A stretch of 64,000 bases of DNA from Candidatus Yanofskybacteria bacterium RIFCSPLOWO2_01_FULL_42_49 (GTDB lineage: Bacteria; Patescibacteriota; Minisyncoccia; 2-02-FULL-40-12; GWA2-44-9). Numbering within the stretch: the first letter of the stretch is position 1; every line of letters begins with the position of its first letter. The stretch lies in NCBI GenBank assembly GCA_001795615.1, contig MGKI01000014.1, forward strand, positions 5,380-69,379, in the 5' to 3' direction. The notes under the pieces are model-generated. The model had not been told where the DNA came from. It did not search any database and saw nothing but the letters and a program-made list of their open reading frames with translations. The position numbers and the translations under genes are program-made. This document shows positions 26,958 through 35,981 of this stretch, in pieces.

Positions 26958-28689
26958 CCGGACTTATTTCTGGTTTTACAAAAGGATATTTTTGAGAGAT
27001 AACTTTTTTATCTAAAACGAAGTTCCCTAAAATTAAATAATCAATATCTGTTTTTATAAAAGTATTAAAAGCGTCTTCTGGAGTACAAACTATCGGCTCG
27101 CCTCTAATGTTGAAGGAGGTATTGATCAGGACAGGGCAACCGGTTAAGTGTCCAAATTCTTCTAAAAGACCATGGTACAATGAATCTGATCTGTTGCTTA
27201 CTGTCTGAAGCCGAGCTGTTTTGTCTACGTGGGTCACCGCCGGAATATTATCCGTTTTTACTCCAGCCACAAAAAGCATATATGGACTGGGAAATGGAAA
27301 GTCAAAAAATTCCGATACATATTCTTCCATAACACTTGGGGCAAAGGGCCGGAAGCTTTCTCTAAATTTTATTTTTAAATTTACCCTCTGCCAATTTCCT
27401 TTATTCCTCGGATCAGCCAAGATAGACCGATTGCCTAATGCCCTTGGCCCCCATTCCATCCGCCCCTGAAACCAACCAACAACATTCTGTTTGTTAATCA
27501 AAGCGGCCACTGTTTTTAAAAGCTGACCATGGTCCATGAACTCGTATTCCACTTTTTTTTTATCTAAAAATTCTTTTATTTCTTTATTGGAAAATTTAGG
27601 CCCCCAGCTAGCATGCTCCATTACGAAATTTCTTTCATTTTTAAATACCTGGTGCCAAACATAATAAGCCGCCCCCAAGGCGCCGCCAGCGTCACCTGCC
27701 GCCGGTTGGATAAAAATATTTTTAAAAGGGGTGTTTTTTAAAATTTGAGAGTTGGCAACGCAATTCAGGGCCACCCCCCCAGCCAAGCAAAGAGAGTCTA
27801 TATTGGTCTCCTTATATACATAGTTAGCCATCATTACTATAATATCGTTAGTGACTTTCTGTATACTGGCGGCGAGATCTTTGTGGAATTGTTCTAATTT
27901 ATCATCGGGGGCTCTTTTCGGTCGGCCGAAAATGTTTTTAAACTTAGCCTCAATATCTCCCATTTCGTAAAAACTTTTAAAGATAGCTCGGTCAAGCTTA
28001 AAGCTTCCATCGGGGAATATGCTGATTAGTCTGCGTATTTTATCTTCATAAATTGGTTCACCATAAGGAGCCAGACCCATAACCTTATATTCTCCGCTGT
28101 TTGGCTTAAAACCAAGATAATATGTAAAGAAACTATAAAATAACCCCAACGAGTCCGGATAATTTATCTCCCTGATTATGTCTATTTTATTGTCACGCCC
28201 TAGTCCAAAAGCGGTCGTCGCCCATTCACCAACGCCATCCACAGTTAAAATTGCCGCCCCCTTGAACGGGGACACAAAAAAGGCACTTGCAGCATGGGAC
28301 ATATGGTGTTCAGAAAAATAGACTGGTCCCTTATAATTCAATTCTTTTTTTATCTTATTTTTAATCCACAATTTGTCTTTTAGCCAAATTGGCATAGCCC
28401 GAATAAACATTTTATAATCCTGCGGCCAGGATTTAATAAAACTTTCGACAATCCTTTCAAATTTTAATAAGGGCTTATCATAAAAACCGACACAAGAAAC
28501 ATCCTTAATGTTTATACCCTCATATGCCAGGCAAAATTTAATCGCATTGGCAGGAAACGATTCATCGTGTTTTTTGCGAGTAAACCTTTCTTCTTGCGCA
28601 GCAGCAATTAATTGTCCGTTCTTTATCAAGACGGCGGCAGAATCATGGTAGTAGCAAGAAATCCCCAAAATATAAATGTCGTTTACCAT
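26947..28689 (-). CDS. Carbamoyltransferase (NodU/CmcH/TobZ/SxtI family)
   Basis: YYHDSAA, QEERFTRKKHD, EHHMSHAASAF, DGVGEW, GEYKVMGLAPYG, AGGVALN, GPRALGNRSI, KFRESFRPFAP, NTSFN. Confidence 0.96.
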   Translation of the reverse strand: MVNDIYILGISCYYHDSAAVLIKNGQLIAAAQEERFTRKKHDESFPANAIKFCLAYEGINIKDVSCVGFYDKPLLKFERIVESFIKSWPQDYKMFIRAMPIWLKDKLWIKNKIKKELNYKGPVYFSEHHMSHAASAFFVSPFKGAAILTVDGVGEWATTAFGLGRDNKIDIIREINYPDSLGLFYSFFTYYLGFKPNSGEYKVMGLAPYGEPIYEDKIRRLISIFPDGSFKLDRAIFKSFYEMGDIEAKFKNIFGRPKRAPDDKLEQFHKDLAASIQKVTNDIIVMMANYVYKETNIDSLCLAGGVALNCVANSQILKNTPFKNIFIQPAAGDAGGALGAAYYVWHQVFKNERNFVMEHASWGPKFSNKEIKEFLDKKKVEYEFMDHGQLLKTVAALINKQNVVGWFQGRMEWGPRALGNRSILADPRNKGNWQRVNLKIKFRESFRPFAPSVMEEYVSEFFDFPFPSPYMLFVAGVKTDNIPAVTHVDKTARLQTVSNRSDSLYHGLLEEFGHLTGCPVLINTSFNIRGEPIVCTPEDAFNTFIKTDIDYLILGNFVLDKKVISQKYPFVKPEISPDVD

Positions 28690-30023
28690 AAATTTAATTT
28701 CTTACCTTTCAGTTTGCTCAAACCATTTAACCCGACCAAACTAAATATCGGTTCCACTATAATACGGAATCCGGCCGAAGCCATAATACCGGAAAAAAAG
28801 GAAAAATATAACAACAAAAGAAAGAAAAAAAATAATATTGACTTCGTTATTATATCTTCTTTAAAAAAACATAATGCAGATAAAATTAAGCCAACGAACA
28901 GGGCCGCTAGAAATAGTCTTTCAATCGCAACTAAGTACGGAAAGGTATTTTTTTCTTTGAAAGTTATAATCTTATAGATATTTACGTCAGAGCGACTGCT
29001 ACGGCTAAAATCGTTATACCAATATCTGATTCCGTCCCGCAAAAAAAACTTTGCCATATTCTTAACCCTGGAAACAAGAAAGTAAGCCGGAAAAGCAGAA
29101 AAATAGTAGCGGGAACGCGACATAAGAATATCCCCCTGTGCAAATTTCATGTAATCCTGAAAATTAGAGACACTTGAGTGGCTACCTATCTCTGCTTTAA
29201 GAATGCCGCCGGCTTCTTCATACGAGATGTCGTTGGCAAGAGCATAAGCGTCGGGAACATCGTAAAAATATAACTGGTAAGGAGTTATTGACGAGAGTTT
29301 AAAATGCCCAAATAAATTATAGTTTCTAATTAACCACGGGGTTAAAATAGCGGCAAATGTTGCGCACATTATAAAACCTAGTTTTAAAAATTGCTTTAGA
29401 CTCAGATTAATTCGTTTAAAATAAACAGAACAAGCCAGAGATAAAATAAAAACCGGAACAATATATTGGGCAATAGGCCGAGTAAGAGCCAACACTGGCA
29501 GTAAAATTGAGGTTAGTAGAAAATATTTATTCCGTTGGTTTTTCAAAAATTGGACCCAGCTCCAAATTGACAAAATCAACAAAGACAAGAAAAGAGTTTG
29601 TGTAAGAAATTTGACTGAAACATTAAGAGAAAAGGGGGCAAACAAAAAAATGCCAGCATTCCAAAGCGCTATTTTACGGCTAAAGTATTCTCTTCCGATC
29701 AAATATAAAAAATAGGCCGACAAAACGATCAAAACCGATTGAATGACTAATGCGGCCTGATAAGAACCAAATAAAAATCTGACCAGAAACAAAAACCCTG
29801 GATAAATGGGGGTGCGAAAAGAATTAGGCTGAAACGGCGCGGATTTGTCCCATGTAAATCCATGGCCAAGTCGGAGGTTTTCCGCTAAAGCCAAGTATTC
29901 CGCCGAATCCCCATCATGGAAAAGGCGGTGATCGTCATCAAAAAACATTATCAGACCAAGCCGAACCAACAACCCTAAGACCAAGATCGCAAATAATATC
30001 TTTTTTTCAGAACGAATGTTCAT
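28683..30023 (-). CDS. ArnT/PMT-like GT-C glycosyltransferase
   Basis: DGDSAEYLALAENL, FRTPIYPGFL, LTRP, PWLIRNY; multiple TMs. Confidence 0.75.
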   Translation of the reverse strand: MNIRSEKKILFAILVLGLLVRLGLIMFFDDDHRLFHDGDSAEYLALAENLRLGHGFTWDKSAPFQPNSFRTPIYPGFLFLVRFLFGSYQAALVIQSVLIVLSAYFLYLIGREYFSRKIALWNAGIFLFAPFSLNVSVKFLTQTLFLSLLILSIWSWVQFLKNQRNKYFLLTSILLPVLALTRPIAQYIVPVFILSLACSVYFKRINLSLKQFLKLGFIMCATFAAILTPWLIRNYNLFGHFKLSSITPYQLYFYDVPDAYALANDISYEEAGGILKAEIGSHSSVSNFQDYMKFAQGDILMSRSRYYFSAFPAYFLVSRVKNMAKFFLRDGIRYWYNDFSRSSRSDVNIYKIITFKEKNTFPYLVAIERLFLAALFVGLILSALCFFKEDIITKSILFFFFLLLLYFSFFSGIMASAGFRIIVEPIFSLVGLNGLSKLKGKKLNLW

Positions 30024-30213
30024 GAGAATCGGGAGCAAGTTTATCTTTTAGTTTCCAGTTAGTGTTGGGGGTCTTTTTCTGTTTAACAAACAGTGAGAGC
30101 AATTTAAATACAGGAATTACGGTAAAATAAAAAACGGTTAGTATAATCTTTGTATTTATTCTGCCAATGAAATTGGCAAATTTTTTATAGAAATCAAATA
30201 TTTTCGTCCACAT
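30007..30213 (-). CDS. SxtJ-like small membrane protein
   Basis: KFANFIGRINTKIILTVFYFTVIP motif and TNW; upstream of the carbamoyltransferase. Confidence 0.7.
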   Translation of the reverse strand: MWTKIFDFYKKFANFIGRINTKIILTVFYFTVIPVFKLLSLFVKQKKTPNTNWKLKDKLAPDSHEHSF

Positions 30214-30229
30214 CAAAATCTAAATTAGA

Positions 30230-30394
30230 CCTAAAAAGCGGCCATCTTTTCAGAATTTGCATTTCACATATCCTCTTAATTCTTAAACACTTACTGAAAA
30301 CAAAAAATGTCGGTTTCCATCCGATACTTTTCAAGAAAATAAGCCAATGGTTGGCACACCTCCCCCTCCAGATATTAAGGGAAATAAGTTTCAT
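30230..30394 (-). pseudogene. Endonuclease/exonuclease/phosphatase (EEP) family remnant
   Basis: MKLISLNIW, then after a 1-nt shift PLAYFLEKYRMETDIFCFQ*VF: the DxxCxQEV motif with its Glu replaced by TAA; truncated. Confidence 0.7.
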
Positions 30395-30517
30395 ATTTTA
30401 TATTAAATCACATTCTGTCATTAAAAACCATGAGAATTTATTAAACCTTATTCGACTAAATTAAAAGACCCTCCAAATTTGATTTGGAGGGGCAAGTGTC
30501 AATTCCAGGGGATTTGG

Positions 30518-30745
30518 CTAACAGTCAAGAACCCACAACATTCCAAATGCCAACCCAGAAAATATCAGCATCCCCAAAAAAACTCCTGCAACGCTGATCG
30601 TGCTTAGTCCTGCAATAGCTCCGCACATTCCACAAAAAGTCAAAAGTCTTGTTCTGAACTCCACCTTCTCTCCTTCTTTCTTTGGTTTGTGATTTGGCCA
30701 AAATTGACCGCTTATTAGTATAAGCACATAACCAAAATAAGTCAA
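30518..30745 (-). CDS. Small hypothetical membrane protein
   Basis: Hydrophobic 75-aa ORF followed by a hairpin at ~30469-30491; start uncertain. Confidence 0.4.
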   Translation of the reverse strand: MTYFGYVLILISGQFWPNHKPKKEGEKVEFRTRLLTFCGMCGAIAGLSTISVAGVFLGMLIFSGLAFGMLWVLDC

Positions 30746-30784
30746 TATTGCTAATGGGCAGGAAAATATCTATTCTAAAATTCA

Positions 30785-31798
30785 ATGGCGAAAACAAAAA
30801 ACAAGACCGCTTTAATTTTCGGTATCACCGGTCAAGACGGTTCGTATTTAGCTGAAATCCTTTTGAAAAAGGGATATGTTGTGCATGGCGTCGTGAGACG
30901 GGCTTCAACTTTTAACACAGCAAGAATAAATCATCTCTATCAGGATCCACACAATAAAAGCAGGAAACTTTTTCTGCACCACGGAGACCTTGCCGACGCT
31001 GGCACAATAAGAAAAATAATTAATAAAGTTAAACCGGAAGAGGTCTACAACCTTGCCGCACAATCGCATGTTAAAGTCTCGTTTGAAATTCCTGAATACA
31101 CAATGGACATTACCGGTAACGGGGCGTTGAGAATTCTTGAAGCACTAAGGGATTTCCAAACAGAAACAGGGGGAAAAGTTAAATTCTACCAAGCATCATC
31201 TTCGGAAATGTTTGGCGCAGCTCCCCCGCCCCAAAATGAAAAGACGCCATTCATACCCCAAAGCCCCTACGGCGCAGCCAAGGTTTTCGCTCACAATATG
31301 ACGAACCTCTACCGCGATGCTTATGGACTTTTTGCTGTAAGTGGAATACTTTTCAATCACGAATCACCACGACGAGGGGAAACATTCGTAACACGAAAAA
31401 TCACCCGTGGCATTGCCAGAATAAAAGCCGGTTTGGACAAAAAATTATACCTCGGCAACCTGGACGCTAAGAGAGATTGGGGACATTCCCCTGAATTCTG
31501 CGAAGCCATGTGGCTAATGATGCAACAGCCCAAGCCAAATGACTTCGTTATCGGCACAGGCGAGACGCACACTGTGAGAGAATTCGTTGAACTGGCTTTT
31601 AAAGAAGCCGGTTTGGGTAGTTGGAAAAAATATGTTGAAATTGATCCTCAATACTACAGGCCAGCTGAAGTAAATATTTTAGTCGCCGATACCAGAAAGG
31701 CAAAAAAAGTATTGAAGTGGCAACCAAAAACCAAATTCAAAGACCTTGTGAAAATAATGGTCTGGAATGACATTAACGAATTTAAAGTTAAAAATTAA
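30785..31798 (+). CDS. gmd: GDP-mannose 4,6-dehydratase
   Basis: [62 protein letters not shown]. Confidence 0.97.
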   Translation: MAKTKNKTALIFGITGQDGSYLAEILLKKGYVVHGVVRRASTFNTARINHLYQDPHNKSRKLFLHHGDLADAGTIRKIINKVKPEEVYNLAAQSHVKVSFEIPEYTMDITGNGALRILEALRDFQTETGGKVKFYQASSSEMFGAAPPPQNEKTPFIPQSPYGAAKVFAHNMTNLYRDAYGLFAVSGILFNHESPRRGETFVTRKITRGIARIKAGLDKKLYLGNLDAKRDWGHSPEFCEAMWLMMQQPKPNDFVIGTGETHTVREFVELAFKEAGLGSWKKYVEIDPQYYRPAEVNILVADTRKAKKVLKWQPKTKFKDLVKIMVWNDINEFKVKN

Positions 31799-31890
31799 AA
31801 GAGTAAAGTTAAAAGTCAAGGTTTTAATTTAAAGATTTTAAAAACTTATAATTTAAAACTCTAATTTTACACTTTCTATTTTAAATTTGA
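31778..31890. repeat. AT-rich heptamer inverted-repeat tract spanning the gmd end and fcl start
   Basis: AATTTAA AGTTAAA AATTAAA AGAGTAA AGTTAAA ... TTTTACA CTTTCTA TTTTAAA TTT. Confidence 0.55.
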
Positions 31891-32819
31891 AAAATTTTTC
31901 AAACAAAAAATTTTTAGTTACTGGCGGAGCCGGGTTTTTGGGCTCTTTTGTAATACAGAAGTTATTGGACAAAGGCGTATCGCAAAGAAACATATTCGTT
32001 CTCCGCTCAAAAGATTTAGATCTGCGTAAATGGGAAAATTGTGTTAAGGCAGTCAAAAATCAAGATATTATTATCCATCTTGCCGCCGTGGTCGGCGGAA
32101 TTGGATATAACCAAAAAATTCCCGGTCAGATGTTTTATGACAACTTATTGATGGGGACGCAACTTATGGAAGCGGCTCGCCAGACAGGCGTAGAAAAGTT
32201 CGTTGCAATAGGCACAATCTGCGCATATCCAAAATTCGCTCCTATCCCCTTTGCGGAAACATCGTTGTGGCATGGCTACCCGGAAGAAACAAACGCTCCG
32301 TATGGCCTTGCTAAAAAAATGCTCCTGGTCCAAGCCCAAGCCTACCGACAGCAATATGGTTTCAATGCCATTTATCTTTTACCGGTAAATCTTTACGGCC
32401 CCGGAGATAATTTTAATCCTCAAAGTTCACATGTTATTCCTGCCTTGATTAAAAAAGTTGCCGACGCGAAAAAAACTGGACAAAAACACATAGATGTTTG
32501 GGGCACAGGAAAAGCGTCCAGAGAATTTTTATATGTTGAAGATTGCGCTGAAGGAATTGTTTTGGCAACCGAAAAATATGACAAACCGGAGCCGGTCAAC
32601 CTTGGAGCAAATAGAGAAATCAAGATAAGGGATCTGGTAAAAACTATCTGCAAATTAACGAGCTTTAAAGGAAAAGTCCGCTGGGACAAAACAAAACCAG
32701 ACGGCCAGCCAAGAAGAATGGTTGACGCCACTCTCGCCCGTAAAGAGTTCGGGTTTAAAGCAAAGACTGATTTTGAAAAAGGACTCAAAAAAACTATCAA
32801 TTGGTATGTAAAAAGTTAA
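31887..32819 (+). CDS. fcl: GDP-L-fucose synthase family epimerase/reductase
   Basis: [64 protein letters not shown]. Confidence 0.92.
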   Translation: MKNFSNKKFLVTGGAGFLGSFVIQKLLDKGVSQRNIFVLRSKDLDLRKWENCVKAVKNQDIIIHLAAVVGGIGYNQKIPGQMFYDNLLMGTQLMEAARQTGVEKFVAIGTICAYPKFAPIPFAETSLWHGYPEETNAPYGLAKKMLLVQAQAYRQQYGFNAIYLLPVNLYGPGDNFNPQSSHVIPALIKKVADAKKTGQKHIDVWGTGKASREFLYVEDCAEGIVLATEKYDKPEPVNLGANREIKIRDLVKTICKLTSFKGKVRWDKTKPDGQPRRMVDATLARKEFGFKAKTDFEKGLKKTINWYVKS

Positions 32820-32856
32820 AAATAGAAAGTAAAAAGTTTAAAATTAAAATAATTTT

Positions 32857-32879
32857 AAAAGGGACTTAATGTCCCTTTT
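32857..32879. terminator. Bidirectional intrinsic terminator
   Basis: AAAAGGGAC-TTAAT-GTCCCTTTT between convergent genes. Confidence 0.7.
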
Positions 32880-32883
32880 GTGT

Positions 32884-33255
32884 TTACGCGGTTGCTGATA
32901 ATGACCCAATTTCACTTTTCAATAAATTAATAACCCCATTGGCGTCAAGAGCATCGACAATCGAGTCAAGCTGACCCAACTCAATCTCTTCAAACAACTG
33001 GATACGGTCAAATTCCCCTGTTTGAAGTTCAACCCGTAATCCATATATGTCAGTTGCAAAAATTGGCCAATAGCCAAGAATGTAAGCCATCTGATAACGG
33101 CCCGAAGTCCAACCTTTTAGTTTATCCGCCTCTCGCGAAAGCTTCGGAACCTGTCGCCAAAGATCAACTTGGCTTCTACAATAATCCTGGAGTGCCTCTA
33201 TTGCTTCGTGTTTAAATTTCTCAATTTTCCTTTCTGGCATCTGAATGTTTTCCAT
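32884..33255 (-). CDS. Hypothetical protein (123 aa)
   Basis: Has its own promoter, boxA-like motif and AGGG SD; no motif recognised. Confidence 0.65.
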   Translation of the reverse strand: MENIQMPERKIEKFKHEAIEALQDYCRSQVDLWRQVPKLSREADKLKGWTSGRYQMAYILGYWPIFATDIYGLRVELQTGEFDRIQLFEEIELGQLDSIVDALDANGVINLLKSEIGSLSATA

Positions 33256-33258
33256 TTT

Positions 33259-33321
33259 TACCCTTTGTTTTTATTATCAAAAAACTTTTAAAAGTGTAAT
33301 ACGAATAGAAAATTGTGTCAA
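33259..33321 (-). promoter_or_regulatory. Promoter plus boxA-like 12-mer
   Basis: TTGACA (33316-33321), 17 nt, TACACT (33293-33298); GTTTTTTGATAA (33274-33285). Confidence 0.6.
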
Positions 33322-33335
33322 GTAAACCGACCTCA

Positions 33336-33929
33336 TTAGAAATTCTTCTCTATTTGGCCGCAAAGCATGTGAATAACGGCCAGATGAACTTCCTGGACCA
33401 AGGCTGTATTTTCGTTCGGCACAATAATTGCAACATCAACCATCTCAAGAAGGTGTTTTGTTTTGGCGCTAAAAAATCCTATATTCTTCGCCCCTTTTAC
33501 CATAGCCGCTTCAAAAGCGTTTCTGATATTCCATGAATGGTGATCGTTTTCAAGATCACCAACATCGCTAGTAGTAAACCCGATGGCAACATCTCCCTGA
33601 CAGGCTAATGCTTCAATTTGTCTTGCAAAAACAGAAGGGAATCCAAAATCATTGCTTTGAGCGGTTAAAATCGAAGAATCCGTAGTTAAAGCAATAGCCG
33701 GTATTGCTTTCCTTCTTTTTTCAAACATACACACCAACTCTGCGGCGAAATGCTGAGCTTCGGCCGCCGAACCGCCATTCCCAAAGATAAGAATTTTACC
33801 ACCCCTCTTTATTGCTTCTGACAAAATTTCTCCGGCTATCCAAAAATTTCTAGCTAAATTCCAATCATTTGACATCTTAACATACAGTTCTGATCTTGCT
33901 TGCATGTTTTCAGCAAACAAATGTCCCAT
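33336..33929 (-). CDS. gmhA: Sedoheptulose-7-phosphate isomerase (SIS domain)
   Basis: KILIFGNGGSAAEAQHFAAEL, ALTTDSSILTA, NDFGF, FARQIEAL, VQEVHL. Confidence 0.9.
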   Translation of the reverse strand: MGHLFAENMQARSELYVKMSNDWNLARNFWIAGEILSEAIKRGGKILIFGNGGSAAEAQHFAAELVCMFEKRRKAIPAIALTTDSSILTAQSNDFGFPSVFARQIEALACQGDVAIGFTTSDVGDLENDHHSWNIRNAFEAAMVKGAKNIGFFSAKTKHLLEMVDVAIIVPNENTALVQEVHLAVIHMLCGQIEKNF

Positions 33930-33996
33930 GATTTTCCTTTGTCAATTTGTCAATCTGCTAAATCTCATATACCATATAAATACTAAAAAGCAATCC

Positions 33997-34521
33997 ATGG
34001 AGAAATATTTAATTCTTGACAGAGATGGGGTTCTGATCAAAGACAAAGGATATGTCCACAAGATAAAAGATCTAGAATTATTGCCGGGCGTTGTTGAGGG
34101 TCTACAGAAGTTCAGAGATGCTGGATATAAATTTATTGTGATTTCAAACCAAGCCGGCATCGCAAGAGGACTTTACACGAGAAGGGACGCTGAAAGATTT
34201 AACAACAAACTAAAGGCGATATTGGCTTCCGACGGTATTGTCTTGGAAAAATTTTATTATTGTGAACACCACCCGGACATTAACGGCCGATGTAATTGCA
34301 GAAAACCGGCCACAGGATTAGTCACTAAAGCGGTTGAAGAATTCGAGATTAACTTAAGCGACGCCTGTTTTATCGGTGACAAGGACTGCGATATTGAGTT
34401 GGGTAAAAACTGCGGAGGCATTACTGTTCTGATAGACAGCGGCCAATATCCGAATTCGGTTCAACCTGATTTTAAAGCAAAGAACCTTGAACACGCGTTT
34501 GAGCTATTAAAAAACCGCTAA
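33997..34521 (+). CDS. gmhB: Heptose-1,7-bisphosphate phosphatase (HAD IIIA)
   Basis: LDRDGVL, SNQAGIARG, CEHHP, CNCRKP, IGDK; start moved to ATG 33997. Confidence 0.9.
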   Translation: MEKYLILDRDGVLIKDKGYVHKIKDLELLPGVVEGLQKFRDAGYKFIVISNQAGIARGLYTRRDAERFNNKLKAILASDGIVLEKFYYCEHHPDINGRCNCRKPATGLVTKAVEEFEINLSDACFIGDKDCDIELGKNCGGITVLIDSGQYPNSVQPDFKAKNLEHAFELLKNR

Positions 34522-34531
34522 CGCGGTTTTT
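34509..34531. terminator. Bidirectional terminator overlapping two stop codons
   Basis: AAAAAACCGC-TAAC-GCGGTTTTT. Confidence 0.7.
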
Positions 34532-35489
34532 AGATTTGTTTAATGTCATGAATATACCGTTGATAAGTTCTTCTGATGCCTTCCAAAATATCAACTTTCG
34601 ATTGCCATCCCATAGCTCTCAAACGACTTGAGTCAAGGAGTTTCCTCGGCATTCCGTTTGGTTTGGAATCGTCCCAAACAATTTTACCTTTATAACCAAC
34701 AACTGAACCAACAACATCTGCTAATTCAGCAATACTGTAATCAATACCGGTACCAACATTAATTAAAATGTCGCCCCGCTCAATCTCTTCTTCTAAAGGA
34801 CTGAAATTATCCATTAAGAAGACGCTCGCGTCAGCAACATCATCAACGTAAATAAACTCCCTTCTTGGAGAACCGTCGCCCCAAAGAACAACCTCCGGCA
34901 TATCGCTTACCATCGCGTTGTGAAACTTTTTTATCATATCAGGCAGAACATGGGCTCGGTCATGTTCAAAATGATCATTTTCCCCATACATACTTGCTGG
35001 AATTGCTACTATAAAGTTGGTGCCGTACTGGACATTAAACGCTCGACACATTTCAATACCGGCTAGCTTGGCCATCGCATATGCTCGGTTGGTCGGCTCC
35101 AACGGACCGGTCATCAAATATTCCTCTCTCATCGGCTGGGGACATTCTCGGGGATAGCAACAGTTAGCACCGAAAAACAAAAGTTTTTTGACGCCAGCCA
35201 CATGAGCAGCCAACACGACATTTTGCTGAATCAAAATATTTTTAATTATAAAGTCTGCGGGATACTTAATGTTTTCAGCGATATTACCGACCTTAGCAGC
35301 ACAAAGGAAGACATATTCCGGTAATTCTTGAGCAAAAAATTTCGACACACTAAGTTTATCGGTTAAATCAAGGTGCATATTATCACCAGTGACTAAATTT
35401 CTAAATCCATTATTTTTAAGCGTCCGGACTATAGCCGAACCAAGCAAGCCGGTGTGACCAGCAATGTAAATTTTGGAGTTTTTATCCAT
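34530..35489 (-). CDS. Second GDP-L-fucose synthase/ColC-like epimerase-reductase
   Basis: IAGHTGLLGSA, CAAKVGNI, CCYPRECPQP, LEPTNRAYAMAK, HVLP, WGDGSPRREFIYVDD, KPNGMPRK. Confidence 0.9.
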   Translation of the reverse strand: MDKNSKIYIAGHTGLLGSAIVRTLKNNGFRNLVTGDNMHLDLTDKLSVSKFFAQELPEYVFLCAAKVGNIAENIKYPADFIIKNILIQQNVVLAAHVAGVKKLLFFGANCCYPRECPQPMREEYLMTGPLEPTNRAYAMAKLAGIEMCRAFNVQYGTNFIVAIPASMYGENDHFEHDRAHVLPDMIKKFHNAMVSDMPEVVLWGDGSPRREFIYVDDVADASVFLMDNFSPLEEEIERGDILINVGTGIDYSIAELADVVGSVVGYKGKIVWDDSKPNGMPRKLLDSSRLRAMGWQSKVDILEGIRRTYQRYIHDIKQI

Positions 35490-35503
35490 ACATTAACCCG
35501 GAA

Positions 35504-35556
35504 CTCCTTTGTAAAATTACCGTGTGGAATATCGCATGTTTACTGGTAACAGTCAA
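35504..35556 (-). promoter_or_regulatory. Promoter plus boxA-like 12-mer and SD
   Basis: TTGACT (35551-35556), 17 nt, GATATT; GTAATTTTACAA (35509-35520); AGGAG. Confidence 0.5.
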
Positions 35557-35581
35557 GAGTAATGTTGACATACCAAGTGAG

Positions 35582-35696
35582 TCCCGTTAGAAGTCGCACA
35601 AAGTGTGTATAACTACCAACTGGTTGTTATATGCTTTAATCGTTGTACTATCAAGACTTTTCCTCTCCGGACCCCTTAGGGCGACTTCTAACGGGA
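35582..35696. mobile_element. MITE-like 115-bp element with perfect 16-bp terminal inverted repeats
   Basis: TCCCGTTAGAAGTCGC (35582-35597) and GCGACTTCTAACGGGA (35681-35696); non-coding interior with a further hairpin. Mobility is inferred. Confidence 0.5.
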
Positions 35697-35733
35697 TTGA
35701 CACCTTTTGACACTTATTGATACGCTTAGTTTT

Positions 35734-35979
35734 ATGAGCGAGATTAATCCTAACGAAATATATACAACCCGAGAAACACAAGACATGTTAAAAATATCCA
35801 ATAGCACGATGAAACGCCTCTTAAAAAGAGGTCTGATTCGTGCTAATAAAGTTGGAGGACAATACAGAATTTTGGGTAAAGAAATTCTAAAATCCGTATC
35901 GCCCACCATTGAAAGACGGGCAGTTCAGACTTATCAAAAATTAAAGAAAAAATTAAAAAAGCAAATTAAAAACTGGTAA
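35734..35979 (+). CDS. Excisionase/MerR-like helix-turn-helix DNA-binding protein
   Basis: IYTTRETQDMLKISNSTMKRLLKRGLIRANKVGGQYRI (HTH_17-like). Confidence 0.85.
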   Translation: MSEINPNEIYTTRETQDMLKISNSTMKRLLKRGLIRANKVGGQYRILGKEILKSVSPTIERRAVQTYQKLKKKLKKQIKNW

Positions 35980-35981
35980 TA

